Assembly (NCBI GenBank): GCA_018062135.1
Contig: JAGOSW010000001.1
Coordinates: forward strand, 73,521-137,520
Length of the DNA: 64,000 nt
Reading direction: 5' to 3'
DNA from: Candidatus Woesebacteria bacterium
GTDB taxonomy: Bacteria; Patescibacteriota; Microgenomatia; UBA1406; HO2-37-13b
The position numbers and the translations under genes are program-made. This document shows positions 54,076 through 64,000 of this stretch, piece by piece (the first letter of the stretch is position 1; each line of letters begins with the position of its first letter). Under the pieces are notes generated by a model. It saw only the letters and a program-made list of their open reading frames with translations. It was not told the origin of the DNA and searched no databases.

Positions 54076-55074
54076 ATGAATGTTGGATTCTTCGAAGTAA
54101 ACGAATGGGAAATTCCGATAATTAAGAAGCATTTTCCCCATGCGCTTATATCAGCAGATAAACTTCTCCCAGAGAATGCAAAGAAATACGCTCATTTAGA
54201 GGCAATATCGACGTTTATATATTCACAGTTAAACTCATCAGTTCTTGTGCAGTTTCCTCGCCTCAAGTGTATCGCAACACGCTCAACAGGATATGACCAT
54301 ATCGACATAAAATATTGTGCGCGCAACGATATAGCCGTTTCTAACGTTCCGCGTTATGGCGATCGTACAGTCGCTGAGTTCGCATTTGCTCTATTGTTAT
54401 CTTTGACACGAAGAATTTATGAATCCGTCGCAATGACAAAGTTAGGTAGTTTTGATAACGATAATTTTACAGGTATTGATCTTCACAATAAGACCCTGGG
54501 CATAGTGGGTTTTGGGAAAATCGGCCAAGAAGTAGCCAAAATAGCCAAAGGCTTTGAGATGAAAATCATTGTGTATAATCGAAGCCATGATCAAGCGCTT
54601 GAAAAAGAGCTTGGATTTAAGTACGTCGAACTCGATTATCTGCTTAAACATGCCGACGTAGTCACGCTTCATCTGCCTCTTATGCCTGAAACAACGCATA
54701 TCATTAACAAGAAAAATATTCTTGAGATGAAAAAAGGCGTATACCTTATCAATACAGCTCGAGGAGGCTTGATAGAAACAGAAGCCCTTCTCATTGGCCT
54801 AGAGAAAGGTATTATAGCTGGTGTCGGACTTGATGTTCTCGAAGAAGAAGCCGCTCTAAGTGAGGAGGCCGAGCTCATCTCAGCAGAATTTAGGAAAAAA
54901 GTTGATCTCCAAACACTCGTTATGGACCATGTCCTTGTGAGACATCCTAAAGTTATTGTAACACCACATAACGCATTTAATAGCAAAGAAGCAATTCACA
55001 CAATACTTTTAACGACACTTCAGAATATAACCGCACATAATGAAGGAACTCCCCAGAACACCGTTTCAGTTTAA
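54076..55074 (+). CDS. D-isomer-specific 2-hydroxyacid dehydrogenase
   Basis: NAD-binding 'GIVGFGKIGQEVAK' and a catalytic His region 'VTPHNAF'. The ATG at 54076 avoids the tRNA. Confidence 0.9.
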   Translation: MNVGFFEVNEWEIPIIKKHFPHALISADKLLPENAKKYAHLEAISTFIYSQLNSSVLVQFPRLKCIATRSTGYDHIDIKYCARNDIAVSNVPRYGDRTVAEFAFALLLSLTRRIYESVAMTKLGSFDNDNFTGIDLHNKTLGIVGFGKIGQEVAKIAKGFEMKIIVYNRSHDQALEKELGFKYVELDYLLKHADVVTLHLPLMPETTHIINKKNILEMKKGVYLINTARGGLIETEALLIGLEKGIIAGVGLDVLEEEAALSEEAELISAEFRKKVDLQTLVMDHVLVRHPKVIVTPHNAFNSKEAIHTILLTTLQNITAHNEGTPQNTVSV

Positions 55075-55107
55075 TTTTTCTCTATGCTGTGCTACAATTG
55101 CCATACT

Positions 55108-56259
55108 ATGACAGTTGTAAAAAGCGAATTTTTCTTAGCATTAAACCAGGTCGCGACAGAGAGGGGAATTTCTCCTCAGGATGTTGTTGACTCAATAAAA
55201 GCAGCCGTTTTGGCAGCGTATCTTAAAGATTACGGAAAGAAACAAAATGCTGATGAAGAAGAGCCGACAGAGGAAGTCGAACATAATCTTGAAGTAAAGC
55301 TCAATCAAGACAGTGGCGAAATGCATATTTTCGAAGAAGATAAAGATATTACTCCTCCGGGATTTGGCCGTATAGCAGCTCAAACTGCTCGTCAGGTCAT
55401 TCTCCAACAGATCCGCGAAGCTGAAAAACGACATATAGTTGAGCACTATACTGGCCAAGTCGGCACAATGATTCGCGGACGCGTTATACGCTTTGAAGGA
55501 CGCTTTGTTTCGTTTGATATTGGAAAAGCAGAAGGAATCCTTCCTGTTGAAGAGCAAATCAGAAATGAGCAATATCGTTTAAACGACACACTTACCGTCT
55601 ATATTAAAGAAATTAAAGAAGATCATTTTGGCAATTCACGCATTATTCTTTCACGATCACATCCTAATTTAGTAAGCGAACTCTTTGCGAAAGAAGTCCC
55701 AGAAATCGCCAGTGGAACGGTAAAAATATACCGAGTCGTTCGTGAGCCAGGTGATCGTACAAAAATAGCAGTGCATTCTGATCAAAATGGGGTCGATCCT
55801 GTTGGTGCATGTGTCGGTCAAAAAGGAATTCGCGTTAAATCTGTTACCGATGAACTCGGAGGCAATGAAAAAATCGATATTATTCAATACAGCGAAGACG
55901 AAGAAACATTCATTCGTGAAGCTCTTTCTCCAGCAACCGTTGAATCGATCGTCCTAGACAAGAAAAATAAAAGAGCTGAGATTAAGGTTACCGAAGAACA
56001 AGCTCCTCTCGCAATTGGTCGAGGTGGCGTTAATGTCAATTTAGCCTCAAAACTTGTTGATTATGAACTAGATATAATTCAAATTCAAACAGCTGCTAAG
56101 CCAGAAGCTGAGGTAGAGGCAAAGCCTGAGGAGGTTGTTGAGCCTGAAGCTGAAGAGGTTGTCGCCGAAGTCGAAGAAGTAGTCGCTGAAGAAGAAGCTC
56201 CCGCTGAATCTCCCGTTGCAACAGATACAGAACCAGCATCAGAAACTGAGGCTGCGTAA
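55108..56259 (+). CDS. nusA: Transcription termination/antitermination factor NusA with acidic C-terminal tail
   Basis: N-terminal, S1 and two KH domains ('GACVGQKGIRV', 'AIGRGGVNVNLA'). Confidence 0.95.
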   Translation: MTVVKSEFFLALNQVATERGISPQDVVDSIKAAVLAAYLKDYGKKQNADEEEPTEEVEHNLEVKLNQDSGEMHIFEEDKDITPPGFGRIAAQTARQVILQQIREAEKRHIVEHYTGQVGTMIRGRVIRFEGRFVSFDIGKAEGILPVEEQIRNEQYRLNDTLTVYIKEIKEDHFGNSRIILSRSHPNLVSELFAKEVPEIASGTVKIYRVVREPGDRTKIAVHSDQNGVDPVGACVGQKGIRVKSVTDELGGNEKIDIIQYSEDEETFIREALSPATVESIVLDKKNKRAEIKVTEEQAPLAIGRGGVNVNLASKLVDYELDIIQIQTAAKPEAEVEAKPEEVVEPEAEEVVAEVEEVVAEEEAPAESPVATDTEPASETEAA

Positions 56260-56282
56260 TCAATTAACGAGCTAAAGCTATT

Positions 56283-57728
56283 ATGTCAAAGCAATACAGA
56301 CCACCAGTTGTTGTCGTATTAGGCCATGTTGATCATGGAAAGACGACTTTGCTCGACTATATCCGCAAAACAACAGTAACAGCACGCGAAGCGGGCGGCA
56401 TTACCCAGTCTATTGGTGCGTACGAGGCAGAAACAGCGATTAAAGGCTACCATACAAACAAAATTACCTTCATTGATACTCCAGGCCATGAGGCCTTCAC
56501 AAAGCTCCGCATGCGCGGCGCGCAGGCAGCAGATATCGCTATTCTGATCGTTGACGCAACTTCTTCTGTAATGCCGCAGACAATTGAGTCAATAACGCAT
56601 ATTCAACAAGCTGAAATCCCATTTATCGTCGCCATGAATAAAATTGACCTGCAAACGGCGAATTCTTCGCGCGTAAAGCAGGACCTCGCAAAGCATGGCG
56701 TTCAGGTAGAAGGTTTTGGCGGAACAGTCACAGAAGTCGAAATATCCGCAAAAACAGGCGCAGGAATTAACGATTTATTAGAAGGTGTCTTATACATAGC
56801 CTCAGAAAAGAATCTTACATATGATGACGCTGCAGATCTCGACGCTTTTGTTATAGAAACCCGCCAAGAAAAATCAGGCATAACGGCCTCATGTATCATA
56901 AAAAATGGTGTGCTTCGTGTTGGCGAAACCGTATATGCAGGTTCAAAAGAAGCAAAAATTAGATCACTCATGTCAGACAAAGGTGCACTTGTTAAAGAAG
57001 TCCGACCTTCAATGCCATTTATATTGTCTGGGTTTAAAGAAACACCAGATGTCGGTGTTCTTCTCTCGCGAGTACGTCCTGAACATGTAGATGAAGTAAA
57101 AGAAGCAGCGGTTGATCATGATTTTGCTGGTTTTTTTGAAGAAGAAGGAAAGAAGCTTCATCTCATTATTAAGGCTGATTCTCAAGGTGTTCTCGATGCC
57201 CTACTTCCAAGTCTTGAAAAAAGTGAGTCTATAAATATTGTTTTCTCAGGAATTGGCGATCTTACAAACTCCGACGTATTTTTAGCTAAGGTTTCTAAGG
57301 CGGTGGTCATAGGATTTAATGTAAAACCGACGAAGCAAATCGAGTATGTTGCGCGTCAAGAAAAGGTAGTCATAAAGACCTATAATATAATCTATAAACT
57401 CTTAGAAGAGCTTCATGAGGTTTCAGATTTACTTAAAGAGCGTGAGGACAAGGAAAAGTCCTTCAAAGGTGAGGCAAAAATTACTACCATCTTTACTATT
57501 GATGGAAGTAAAATCGCAGGCGTTAAAGTCATTAAAGGCCGTCTTGACGTGCACGATCGCGTTGAGGTCTTCAGAGAAAATCGTTCACAAGGAGAATCCG
57601 TACTCACTACCATTAAACAGCGCGCCAAGACAGTCAAAGAAGTAAAGAAAGATGATGAGGCTGGGCTCCTTTTTGACCCCCAACTTGACATAATGCAGGG
57701 TGATGTGATAAAATCTTATAGTATATGA
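56283..57728 (+). CDS. infB: Translation initiation factor IF-2, short form starting at the G domain
   Basis: '[20 protein letters not shown]', 'DTPGHEAF' and 'NKID'. Confidence 0.95.
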   Translation: MSKQYRPPVVVVLGHVDHGKTTLLDYIRKTTVTAREAGGITQSIGAYEAETAIKGYHTNKITFIDTPGHEAFTKLRMRGAQAADIAILIVDATSSVMPQTIESITHIQQAEIPFIVAMNKIDLQTANSSRVKQDLAKHGVQVEGFGGTVTEVEISAKTGAGINDLLEGVLYIASEKNLTYDDAADLDAFVIETRQEKSGITASCIIKNGVLRVGETVYAGSKEAKIRSLMSDKGALVKEVRPSMPFILSGFKETPDVGVLLSRVRPEHVDEVKEAAVDHDFAGFFEEEGKKLHLIIKADSQGVLDALLPSLEKSESINIVFSGIGDLTNSDVFLAKVSKAVVIGFNVKPTKQIEYVARQEKVVIKTYNIIYKLLEELHEVSDLLKEREDKEKSFKGEAKITTIFTIDGSKIAGVKVIKGRLDVHDRVEVFRENRSQGESVLTTIKQRAKTVKEVKKDDEAGLLFDPQLDIMQGDVIKSYSI

Positions 57729-58735
57729 GAAAAACCGCAGAGTCTGCGCGTATAGCGCAGATTTTTAATGAGAAGCAATCGATCTCGATCTGCCTTCCAC
57801 AAAATCCAAATCTCGATGCAGTCGCTTCTGCGACGGCTCTTTATTTTACATTGCTTAACATGGGTAAGCAGGTAAGTATTACTGCTCCAGAAGAAGTAAA
57901 TCCTCAGTTTGGCCTCATAGGACAAGATAAAATTCAAACTCAGCTTTCGTCAGAAGGAAACACACTTGTTGTCTCGTTTCCTTACACAGAAGGTGCAGTT
58001 GATAAAGTTACCTACAACATTGAAGGTGATCATTTTAACCTTATTATTCAACCTAAAGAAGGAATGGACAAGCTTAACCACGAAAAAGTTAAATTTAACT
58101 ATAGTGGTGGCCGTCCTGATGTTATTGTGACTGTATATACACCGACTCTTAACGCCTTAGGAAATCTCTACAATAATCAAAAAGATAAATTTAGTGGTGT
58201 AGAGATTATTAATATTGACCGACATTTTACGAATAATAACTATGGTACGGTCAATGTTGTAGATAAAAAAGCAGCTTCAATGTCTGAAATAATGACCGAT
58301 TTGCTGCGCAGTTTGAACGCAAAAATTGATAAAGATACAGCCACAAACTTATATACTGGTATTACTTCAGCTACAAATAACTTTACCGCTCACGCAGTTT
58401 CTGCTCAAACATTTGAATCGAGCGCATTCCTTTTAAATAGTGGCGCTGTTAAAAAGGTTGCACCCATTGCTCCTATAGCGCCCGTAGCACCGAATATGAA
58501 CGGCTTCGCTGCTCCACAGCAGCCACAAATGCCACAGCAGCCACAACCTGTTCAACAACCAATTCAACAGCCCCAAGTTGTTCAGCAACCTCAAGTTGAG
58601 GCGCCAGAATTCCAGCCTCAATCTGCTCCTGAAGATCAGGAAGAAGTTCAACCTGGAACTGCTGAGCGAAAAGAAGGTTCGACCTCACAAAGCTGGTTGA
58701 AACCTAAAATCTTTGAAGGCTCCAACTTAATTTAA
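57725..58735 (+). CDS. DHH-family-like protein with degenerate catalytic motifs and a Gln/Pro-rich tail
   Basis: 'PQNPNLDAVAS' replaces HxxPDGDAxGS and 'INIDRH' replaces DHH. The tail contains 'QQPQMPQQPQPVQQPIQQPQVVQQPQ'. Confidence 0.6.
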   Translation: MRKTAESARIAQIFNEKQSISICLPQNPNLDAVASATALYFTLLNMGKQVSITAPEEVNPQFGLIGQDKIQTQLSSEGNTLVVSFPYTEGAVDKVTYNIEGDHFNLIIQPKEGMDKLNHEKVKFNYSGGRPDVIVTVYTPTLNALGNLYNNQKDKFSGVEIINIDRHFTNNNYGTVNVVDKKAASMSEIMTDLLRSLNAKIDKDTATNLYTGITSATNNFTAHAVSAQTFESSAFLLNSGAVKKVAPIAPIAPVAPNMNGFAAPQQPQMPQQPQPVQQPIQQPQVVQQPQVEAPEFQPQSAPEDQEEVQPGTAERKEGSTSQSWLKPKIFEGSNLI

Positions 58736-58767
58736 ACTTAATCTTCTTCTGCTATACTAATAGCGCT

Positions 58768-59880
58768 ATGACAATTGAACTCTTTTTAGGTATTGCTATT
58801 GGTGCCGTCGCCGCTTTTATTATCTTCCAACTTCTATTCGGACGCAAAAAAGACGAAGGAATGTCTGAGGAGCTTGAAAAAAAGCTTACAGAGATGTTTC
58901 CGAAGGTTCTGCAGAATGCGAGTGAACAGTTAATTTCTCTTGCAAATGAGAAGCTAGGCGCTGAGAAGAAAGAAATAAAGACTGACCTAGATAATAAGCG
59001 CCTAATGATTGAGAAGCTTGTTGAGGGGATTCAGAAGGATATGAATGAGCGCGAGCGGACAGCCCAATCTATTCTTCAGCAAATAAAGGATCACGAAAAA
59101 ATTACGAAGGAATTATCGACGACAACTGATAGCTTGCGCAAAGTTTTAACAAATAATCAGCTCAGAGGTCAATTTGGTGAACAAGTTGCTGAAGATCTGC
59201 TAAAAATGGCTGGTTTTGTTAAAGGCGTTGACTTTGAATACAATAAGGCGCAATCATCTACTTCTACGCGTCCTGACTTCGCTATTTTCCTTCCTGATAA
59301 GACGCGCATTAATATTGATGTGAAATTTCCGTACGCAAACCTCCAAAAAGCCGCAGAAACCGATGATCGTGCTCTAAAAGAGCAGCTTTATAAGGAGTTT
59401 GCGAAGGATGTGCGTACAAAAATAACCCAAATAAGTACGCGCGACTATATAAATCCGGAGGACAATACGGTAGATTTTGTCATTTTGTTTGTCCCAAACG
59501 AGATGATTTTCTCTTACATTTATGAAAAAATGTCTGATATTTGGACAGAAGCAATGGTTAAAAAGGTCGTCCTAGCAGGCCCATTCAGTTTTACGGCAAT
59601 TTTAAGAATGATTCGCCAAGCGCACGATAATTTTGTCTATCAAAAAAATATTCATAAGATCGTCGGTCATATTAAAGAATTTGAGAAACAGTTTGAAATG
59701 TATAGTGAAGAGTTTGGAAGCATGGGAAGGCAGATTCAGACGCTCTCAAACACCTATCAAAAAGTTGATATTACGCGCACGCGCCAACTGACAAAAGTCG
59801 TAGAAAAAATTAAGCTAGAAAGCAATTCGGATGATACGCCGCTCATTGCGAAGCCTATCGACACGACGACTATACTTTAA
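58768..59880 (+). CDS. rmuC: DNA recombination protein RmuC
   Basis: An N-terminal TM segment and coiled coil, then a nuclease-like core 'RPDFAIFLP...IDVKFP'. Confidence 0.9.
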   Translation: MTIELFLGIAIGAVAAFIIFQLLFGRKKDEGMSEELEKKLTEMFPKVLQNASEQLISLANEKLGAEKKEIKTDLDNKRLMIEKLVEGIQKDMNERERTAQSILQQIKDHEKITKELSTTTDSLRKVLTNNQLRGQFGEQVAEDLLKMAGFVKGVDFEYNKAQSSTSTRPDFAIFLPDKTRINIDVKFPYANLQKAAETDDRALKEQLYKEFAKDVRTKITQISTRDYINPEDNTVDFVILFVPNEMIFSYIYEKMSDIWTEAMVKKVVLAGPFSFTAILRMIRQAHDNFVYQKNIHKIVGHIKEFEKQFEMYSEEFGSMGRQIQTLSNTYQKVDITRTRQLTKVVEKIKLESNSDDTPLIAKPIDTTTIL

Positions 59881-59905
59881 TTACATCTGACGGTATAATA
59901 TTCAC

Positions 59906-60457
59906 ATGAGAAAATTAACGGTAAGCGACATTCTCCCGGATTATCAAGAAAAAGTTTCTAAGCAGTCTTATTCAATAAAAGACACAATTGACGGCGTAAA
60001 AATAATTGATAGGCCAATTTTTTCAACACAGGACGGCATGTTTGAAGAAATCGTGCGTCTTTCTGAAGACGGCTCATTCCCTGAACTGCCAGATTTTAAG
60101 CCACTCCAGGTAAACCGCTCTGTTCTTTTGCCAGGCAGTATAAAAGCATGGCACTTACACTATAACCAGGAAGATATTTGGTATGTGCCACCACAAGACT
60201 ATCTTCTTCTTGGTCTTTGGGACCTCAGAGTTGAATCGCCAACAGCTGGAAAGTCTCTGAAGATTGCAATGGGTGCGGGCAGATCAAGACTTGTATATAT
60301 TCCGCGCGGTGTCGCACATGGAGGCGCCAACTTCTCAAGTGAGCCATCTGTCGTTTTCTACTTCGTAAATCAACATTTCAATCCTGAAATGCCTGATGAA
60401 GAGCGACTTGAGTGGAATCTTCTTGGTGATGATTTTTGGGTTCCTGAGAAGGGATAA
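59906..60457 (+). CDS. RmlC-like cupin (dTDP-4-dehydrorhamnose 3,5-epimerase family)
   Basis: 'IDGVKII...', 'IKAWHLH' and 'YIPRGVAHG'. Confidence 0.7.
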   Translation: MRKLTVSDILPDYQEKVSKQSYSIKDTIDGVKIIDRPIFSTQDGMFEEIVRLSEDGSFPELPDFKPLQVNRSVLLPGSIKAWHLHYNQEDIWYVPPQDYLLLGLWDLRVESPTAGKSLKIAMGAGRSRLVYIPRGVAHGGANFSSEPSVVFYFVNQHFNPEMPDEERLEWNLLGDDFWVPEKG

Positions 60458-60479
60458 TCAACTGCTTCTTAAATCTTTT

Positions 60480-60815
60480 TTATTTTACTATCCACACTAG
60501 GAAAGAATTTACTATTGAGAGCACTAGAGCAAAGAGAATTGCGTGCCAAAAATTAGGCACATTAAAGCCGTCAACAATATTGCTTGCGAGAAGGATAAAA
60601 AGTCCATTAATCACAAATGTAAATAATCCAAGTGTTATTACATTGATGGGAAGGGTAAATATGAGCACAATTGGCTTAATAAACATATTGATACCCGCCA
60701 ATACTATAGCAACAAGCAATGCCGTCGTAAGATTAGCTAATTCGACACCAGGAAGAATTTGAGCTGTAAGAAAGATCGCTATTGCATTTACGATGAGCTT
60801 GATGAGTATAATCAT
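60480..60815 (-). CDS. YvlD/DUF360 (phage-holin-4_2-like) membrane protein
   Basis: 'NAIAIFLTAQILPGVEL...' with four TM helices. The start could instead be 60827. Confidence 0.7.
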   Translation of the reverse strand: MIILIKLIVNAIAIFLTAQILPGVELANLTTALLVAIVLAGINMFIKPIVLIFTLPINVITLGLFTFVINGLFILLASNIVDGFNVPNFWHAILFALVLSIVNSFLVWIVK

Positions 60816-60860
60816 GCTAGCTTCCATAATACTGAATATGATATTATATTGCAAGAATCT

Positions 60861-61484
60861 ATGAAGAAATTGATGACCTTAGAATATGTAATCGCTGCGG
60901 TGCTCATTGTCTCCGGCATGTTTATGATGTTGAATGGCTATAAAACCGTCGCTCTCCACATGGAACAAGGTAAGACACAGCCATACATTACTAACTTTAA
61001 GCATGCAGATAAAGTTATTGTCGCAAATCTCCCTACCGCAAAGCCAAAAGTTGATAAGCTTTCTGTGAAAGTTGACCAAGTAGTCTTTGAAAAGGTTTAT
61101 ACAACTAGCTTTCAGAATTTTACTGATCTATCAGATGTGACCATTGGAAAAGATATGGATGGACATATTACAGATGGTAAAACTAGCTCGACGATAAAAA
61201 CACAATACGATCCAGTGTTAAAACAATTTAAATTGTATGGCACCTTTACTCATATGCCAAAGCTTCGCGAAGGCTTTTACTATGAGGGTTGGGTTGTTCG
61301 CAAGGAGCCATTTAGTATGTATAGCGTTGGAAAAGTAATGGTTATTGATGAAGAGATGACAAGTGTGTACGTTACGGAAACAGATCTGACCGATCACACA
61401 ATGTTCATTCTAACGCTTGAGCATAATGATGGAAACCCAAATCCTGAAGTACAGATTCTGGAAGGGGAATTCAAAAAACTATGA
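60861..61484 (+). CDS. Membrane-anchored protein with RskA-like (anti-sigma-K C-terminal) domain
   Basis: One TM segment. The C-terminus 'YYEGWVV...MFILTLEHNDGNPNPEVQILEG' resembles RskA_C. Confidence 0.4.
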   Translation: MKKLMTLEYVIAAVLIVSGMFMMLNGYKTVALHMEQGKTQPYITNFKHADKVIVANLPTAKPKVDKLSVKVDQVVFEKVYTTSFQNFTDLSDVTIGKDMDGHITDGKTSSTIKTQYDPVLKQFKLYGTFTHMPKLREGFYYEGWVVRKEPFSMYSVGKVMVIDEEMTSVYVTETDLTDHTMFILTLEHNDGNPNPEVQILEGEFKKL

Positions 61485-63196
61485 TCCTTGTTGCATTCGC
61501 CTTTTTAGCAGGTCTTGTAACAATTCTTTCGCCTTGCATTCTTCCTATTTTGCCAATAGTTTTATCGGGATCACTGCAAAGTGGTAAAAGTCGTCCGCTA
61601 GGGGTAATTACGGGTTTTATTGCAAGCTTCACCTTTTTCGCAGTATTTTCATTTTCTTTAGCGAATGCGTTTGGTTTTTCAACAGAAATCTTAAGAAACT
61701 TTGCCGTTGTCTTGTTGATTTTATTTGGACTAGCGACGTTTACTCCAAAACTACAGCTTTTTCTTGAAAATATTACATCGCGTTTTAGCTCTTTAGGACA
61801 AGGAAAAAAGAGAACAGGATTTAGTGGCGGTTTTATCTTAGGGATAACATTGGGGCTCATTTGGACGCCATGTGTAGGTCCAATATTAGCGTCGGTTTTA
61901 ACTCTTGCAGCAACAAGTACTATTACATTCCAATTAATTTTAATCACTTTTTCATATTCCTTAGGAACCGCAATTCCCTTATTCTTTATTGCGTATGGTG
62001 GAAAAAGAGCCCTTACAACACTTCCCTTCTTTAAAAAGAATGCAGAAAAAATTCAGAAAACATTTGGCGTTTTAATTATTCTCACTGCGTTTTTAATATT
62101 CTTTAATCTTGATAGAAAATTTCAGACATATATTCTTGACGTATTCCCTATGTATGGGGAAGGGCTTACAGCATTTGAGAATAACGAGAAAGTCGAAAGT
62201 GAGCTGAATAAATTAAAAAATAATGATGGCGGATTTATGGATGGAGTTCTTTCTCAGAAAACACCAGCACCGAATAGGGATTTTATTGGTGCAACAAGGT
62301 GGTTGCAATCGGAACCTTTAACACTTGACGCGCTTAAGGGTAAAGTGGTGCTTGTCGATTTTTGGACATATACCTGCATAAATTGTATTCGCACCTTTCC
62401 ACACCTAACTGGATGGTATGAAAAATATAAAGATGATGGATTAGTAATTATTGGTGTGCATACACCTGAGTTTGAATTTGAGAAAAATCAAAAGAATGTT
62501 CTAAATGCGCTTGAAGAGTATGGCATTACATATCCAGTCGTTCAGGATAACGATTATAAGATTTGGAACAGCTATAGTAATCGCTACTGGCCAGCGCATT
62601 ATCTAATCGATAAGGATGGAAACATTCGTTATACCCACTTTGGAGAGGGTGAATATGAAAAAACGGAAAAGGTTATCCAAGAATTGCTGAGAGAATCAGG
62701 GAAGGATGTTGATACAGACATATTAGACTTGGAGAATTATGCGCCGACAATGCGTAATACGCCGGAAACATATTTAGGATATGGAAGAATGGAGCGTTTT
62801 GCTTCACCGGAGAAAATTCTGAGTGATATAAATGCAAAGTATTCAGTTCCATCACTCATTGAATCGGATTTTTTCGCATATGGAGGAGTATGGAATATTA
62901 CAGATGAATACTCGGAATCTTCAAAAAATGCAGTTATTGATTTGTCGTTTAAAGCGAAAGAGGTATTTCTTGTGATGCGACCAAAAGATCTCAAGAAACC
63001 AGGGGAAGCCATAATTTTAATTGATGGAAAGCCAATTTCAGCTAGTGAAGCTGGTGTAGATGTGAACAATGGCATAGTGAATATTGATCAAGATAGATTA
63101 TATAAGCTAATTAAATTTGGTGAGCAAAAACCTTCGCGTGTTACAATTCAGTTCAATGATGCAGAAATCCAAGTCTTTGCCTTCACCTTTGGTTAA
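61481..63196 (+). CDS. DipZ-like thiol:disulfide interchange protein (CcdA/DsbD TM domain + thioredoxin-like domain)
   Basis: 'LSPCILPILP' and 'TPCVGPIL' TM cysteines, and the thioredoxin 'WTYTCINC' motif. Confidence 0.85.
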   Translation: MILVAFAFLAGLVTILSPCILPILPIVLSGSLQSGKSRPLGVITGFIASFTFFAVFSFSLANAFGFSTEILRNFAVVLLILFGLATFTPKLQLFLENITSRFSSLGQGKKRTGFSGGFILGITLGLIWTPCVGPILASVLTLAATSTITFQLILITFSYSLGTAIPLFFIAYGGKRALTTLPFFKKNAEKIQKTFGVLIILTAFLIFFNLDRKFQTYILDVFPMYGEGLTAFENNEKVESELNKLKNNDGGFMDGVLSQKTPAPNRDFIGATRWLQSEPLTLDALKGKVVLVDFWTYTCINCIRTFPHLTGWYEKYKDDGLVIIGVHTPEFEFEKNQKNVLNALEEYGITYPVVQDNDYKIWNSYSNRYWPAHYLIDKDGNIRYTHFGEGEYEKTEKVIQELLRESGKDVDTDILDLENYAPTMRNTPETYLGYGRMERFASPEKILSDINAKYSVPSLIESDFFAYGGVWNITDEYSESSKNAVIDLSFKAKEVFLVMRPKDLKKPGEAIILIDGKPISASEAGVDVNNGIVNIDQDRLYKLIKFGEQKPSRVTIQFNDAEIQVFAFTFG

Positions 63197-63947
63197 ACCT
63201 CTCTATAAACGTGCCGGAATTTCCCCTCTGGAAGCGATCGATGAATTTAGATTGCAACATCCAGAATTAAAGGACCAAAAGATAAGTTATGCTGGGAGGC
63301 TTGATCCGATGGCCGACGGTGTTCTTATTTTGCTTATTGGGTCGGCCAATAAAGAACGCGAAAATTTCTTACATCTCGATAAGTCGTATCGTGTTGAGAT
63401 GCTTTTTGGCGTCTCAACAGATAGCTACGATGTGCTGGGAATTCCACAAGAAGTATCGCCGAGAGATATTCAGAAAGAAGAGCTTGAAAAAGCCTTAAAA
63501 GGTTTTGAAGGCGTTATTACACAGAAATTTCCTCCCTATTCTTCAAAACCAGTGAATGGAAAGCCGCTTTATTACTGGGCACGACAGGGTAAATTGAATG
63601 AGATAGTTGTGCCCGAAAAAGAGAGAACAATTTATCGCATCGAATTAGTGACGATGAGAAAAATAAAAGGAGATGAAATTCTTAACGATGTTATAGAGCG
63701 CATTAGCAAGGTAAAAGGCGATTTTAGGCAAGAAGAAATCAATAAAGCATGGGAAAAAATGAAGCCGCGACTCGATGAGCAGGAATTTCTTATCGCTACC
63801 ATTGTCGTAGACGGTTCTTCTGGCCTTTACATGCGCCAGTTGGCATTCGACATAGGTTTGTCATTAGATACGCCTGCGCATGCCTATAAGATTACTAGGA
63901 CACGCGCAGGGGCATATTCTATGAACGATTTGGACATTACTTTATAG
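63156..63947 (+). CDS. truB: tRNA pseudouridine-55 synthase TruB
   Basis: 'YAGRLDPMADGVLILLIG' contains the catalytic Asp motif. The exact start is uncertain. Confidence 0.9.
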   Translation: MMQKSKSLPSPLVKPLYKRAGISPLEAIDEFRLQHPELKDQKISYAGRLDPMADGVLILLIGSANKERENFLHLDKSYRVEMLFGVSTDSYDVLGIPQEVSPRDIQKEELEKALKGFEGVITQKFPPYSSKPVNGKPLYYWARQGKLNEIVVPEKERTIYRIELVTMRKIKGDEILNDVIERISKVKGDFRQEEINKAWEKMKPRLDEQEFLIATIVVDGSSGLYMRQLAFDIGLSLDTPAHAYKITRTRAGAYSMNDLDITL

Positions 63948-64000
63948 TTGTGACGAGTCTTGGTCCAAAGTAAACGTAATCGTCACATTTATTGACTCAT

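Noticed and set aside
58470-58640. Short tandem CAGCAGCCACA / CAACAACC-type repeats, considered as a possible repeat array
   Set aside because: They lie in-frame within the DHH-like CDS and encode a Gln/Pro-rich tail. There are no spacers and no CRISPR-like periodicity. I saw no CRISPR array anywhere in the window.

Overview
The window is gene-dense and AT-rich. Hand-counted native 60-nt lines are about 35% G+C. Gene content suggests a reduced Patescibacteria/CPR-type bacterium, which is an inference from three observations: a short IF2 and short ValRS, many GT-C/DUF2079/YYY-type envelope proteins, and TrbC/VirB2-like pilins. I support about 80 CDS, one tRNA (Tyr-GTA) and several promoters, terminators and palindromes. 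I saw no rRNA, CRISPR array, transposase, integrase or prophage core. Recognisable housekeeping genes are ung, queA, msrB, mgtE, bcp, uppS, valS, rpmH, yidC, jag, ftsEX, prfB, nusA, infB, rmuC and truB, plus an ATP-dependent DNA ligase. Five things deserve a second look. (1) Three ORFs (2786-3328, 9632-10129, 10341-10547, all minus strand) are far more GC-rich than everything around them, yet they sit behind native-looking TATAAT promoters. Two of them share a conserved promoter-leader block. (2) A convergent envelope cluster at about 30.7-39.3 kb encodes a 1307-aa charged protein, a Cys-rich protein with a pilin-like C-terminus, a 548-aa polytopic membrane protein and a CHAP hydrolase. Two more pilin paralogs lie at 16.5-17.2 kb. 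No secretion ATPase is present in the window. (3) Many genes have TATAAT placed 5-7 nt before the ATG, which implies leaderless mRNAs. (4) The bacterial-type long-arm tRNA-Tyr has a C1-G72 acceptor pair. (5) There is an isopentenyl-phosphate-kinase module with degenerate GHMP-like and Nudix-like partners, and a DHH-like pseudoenzyme sits where rbfA is normally found. All functional calls come from motifs read by eye. No database search was run.
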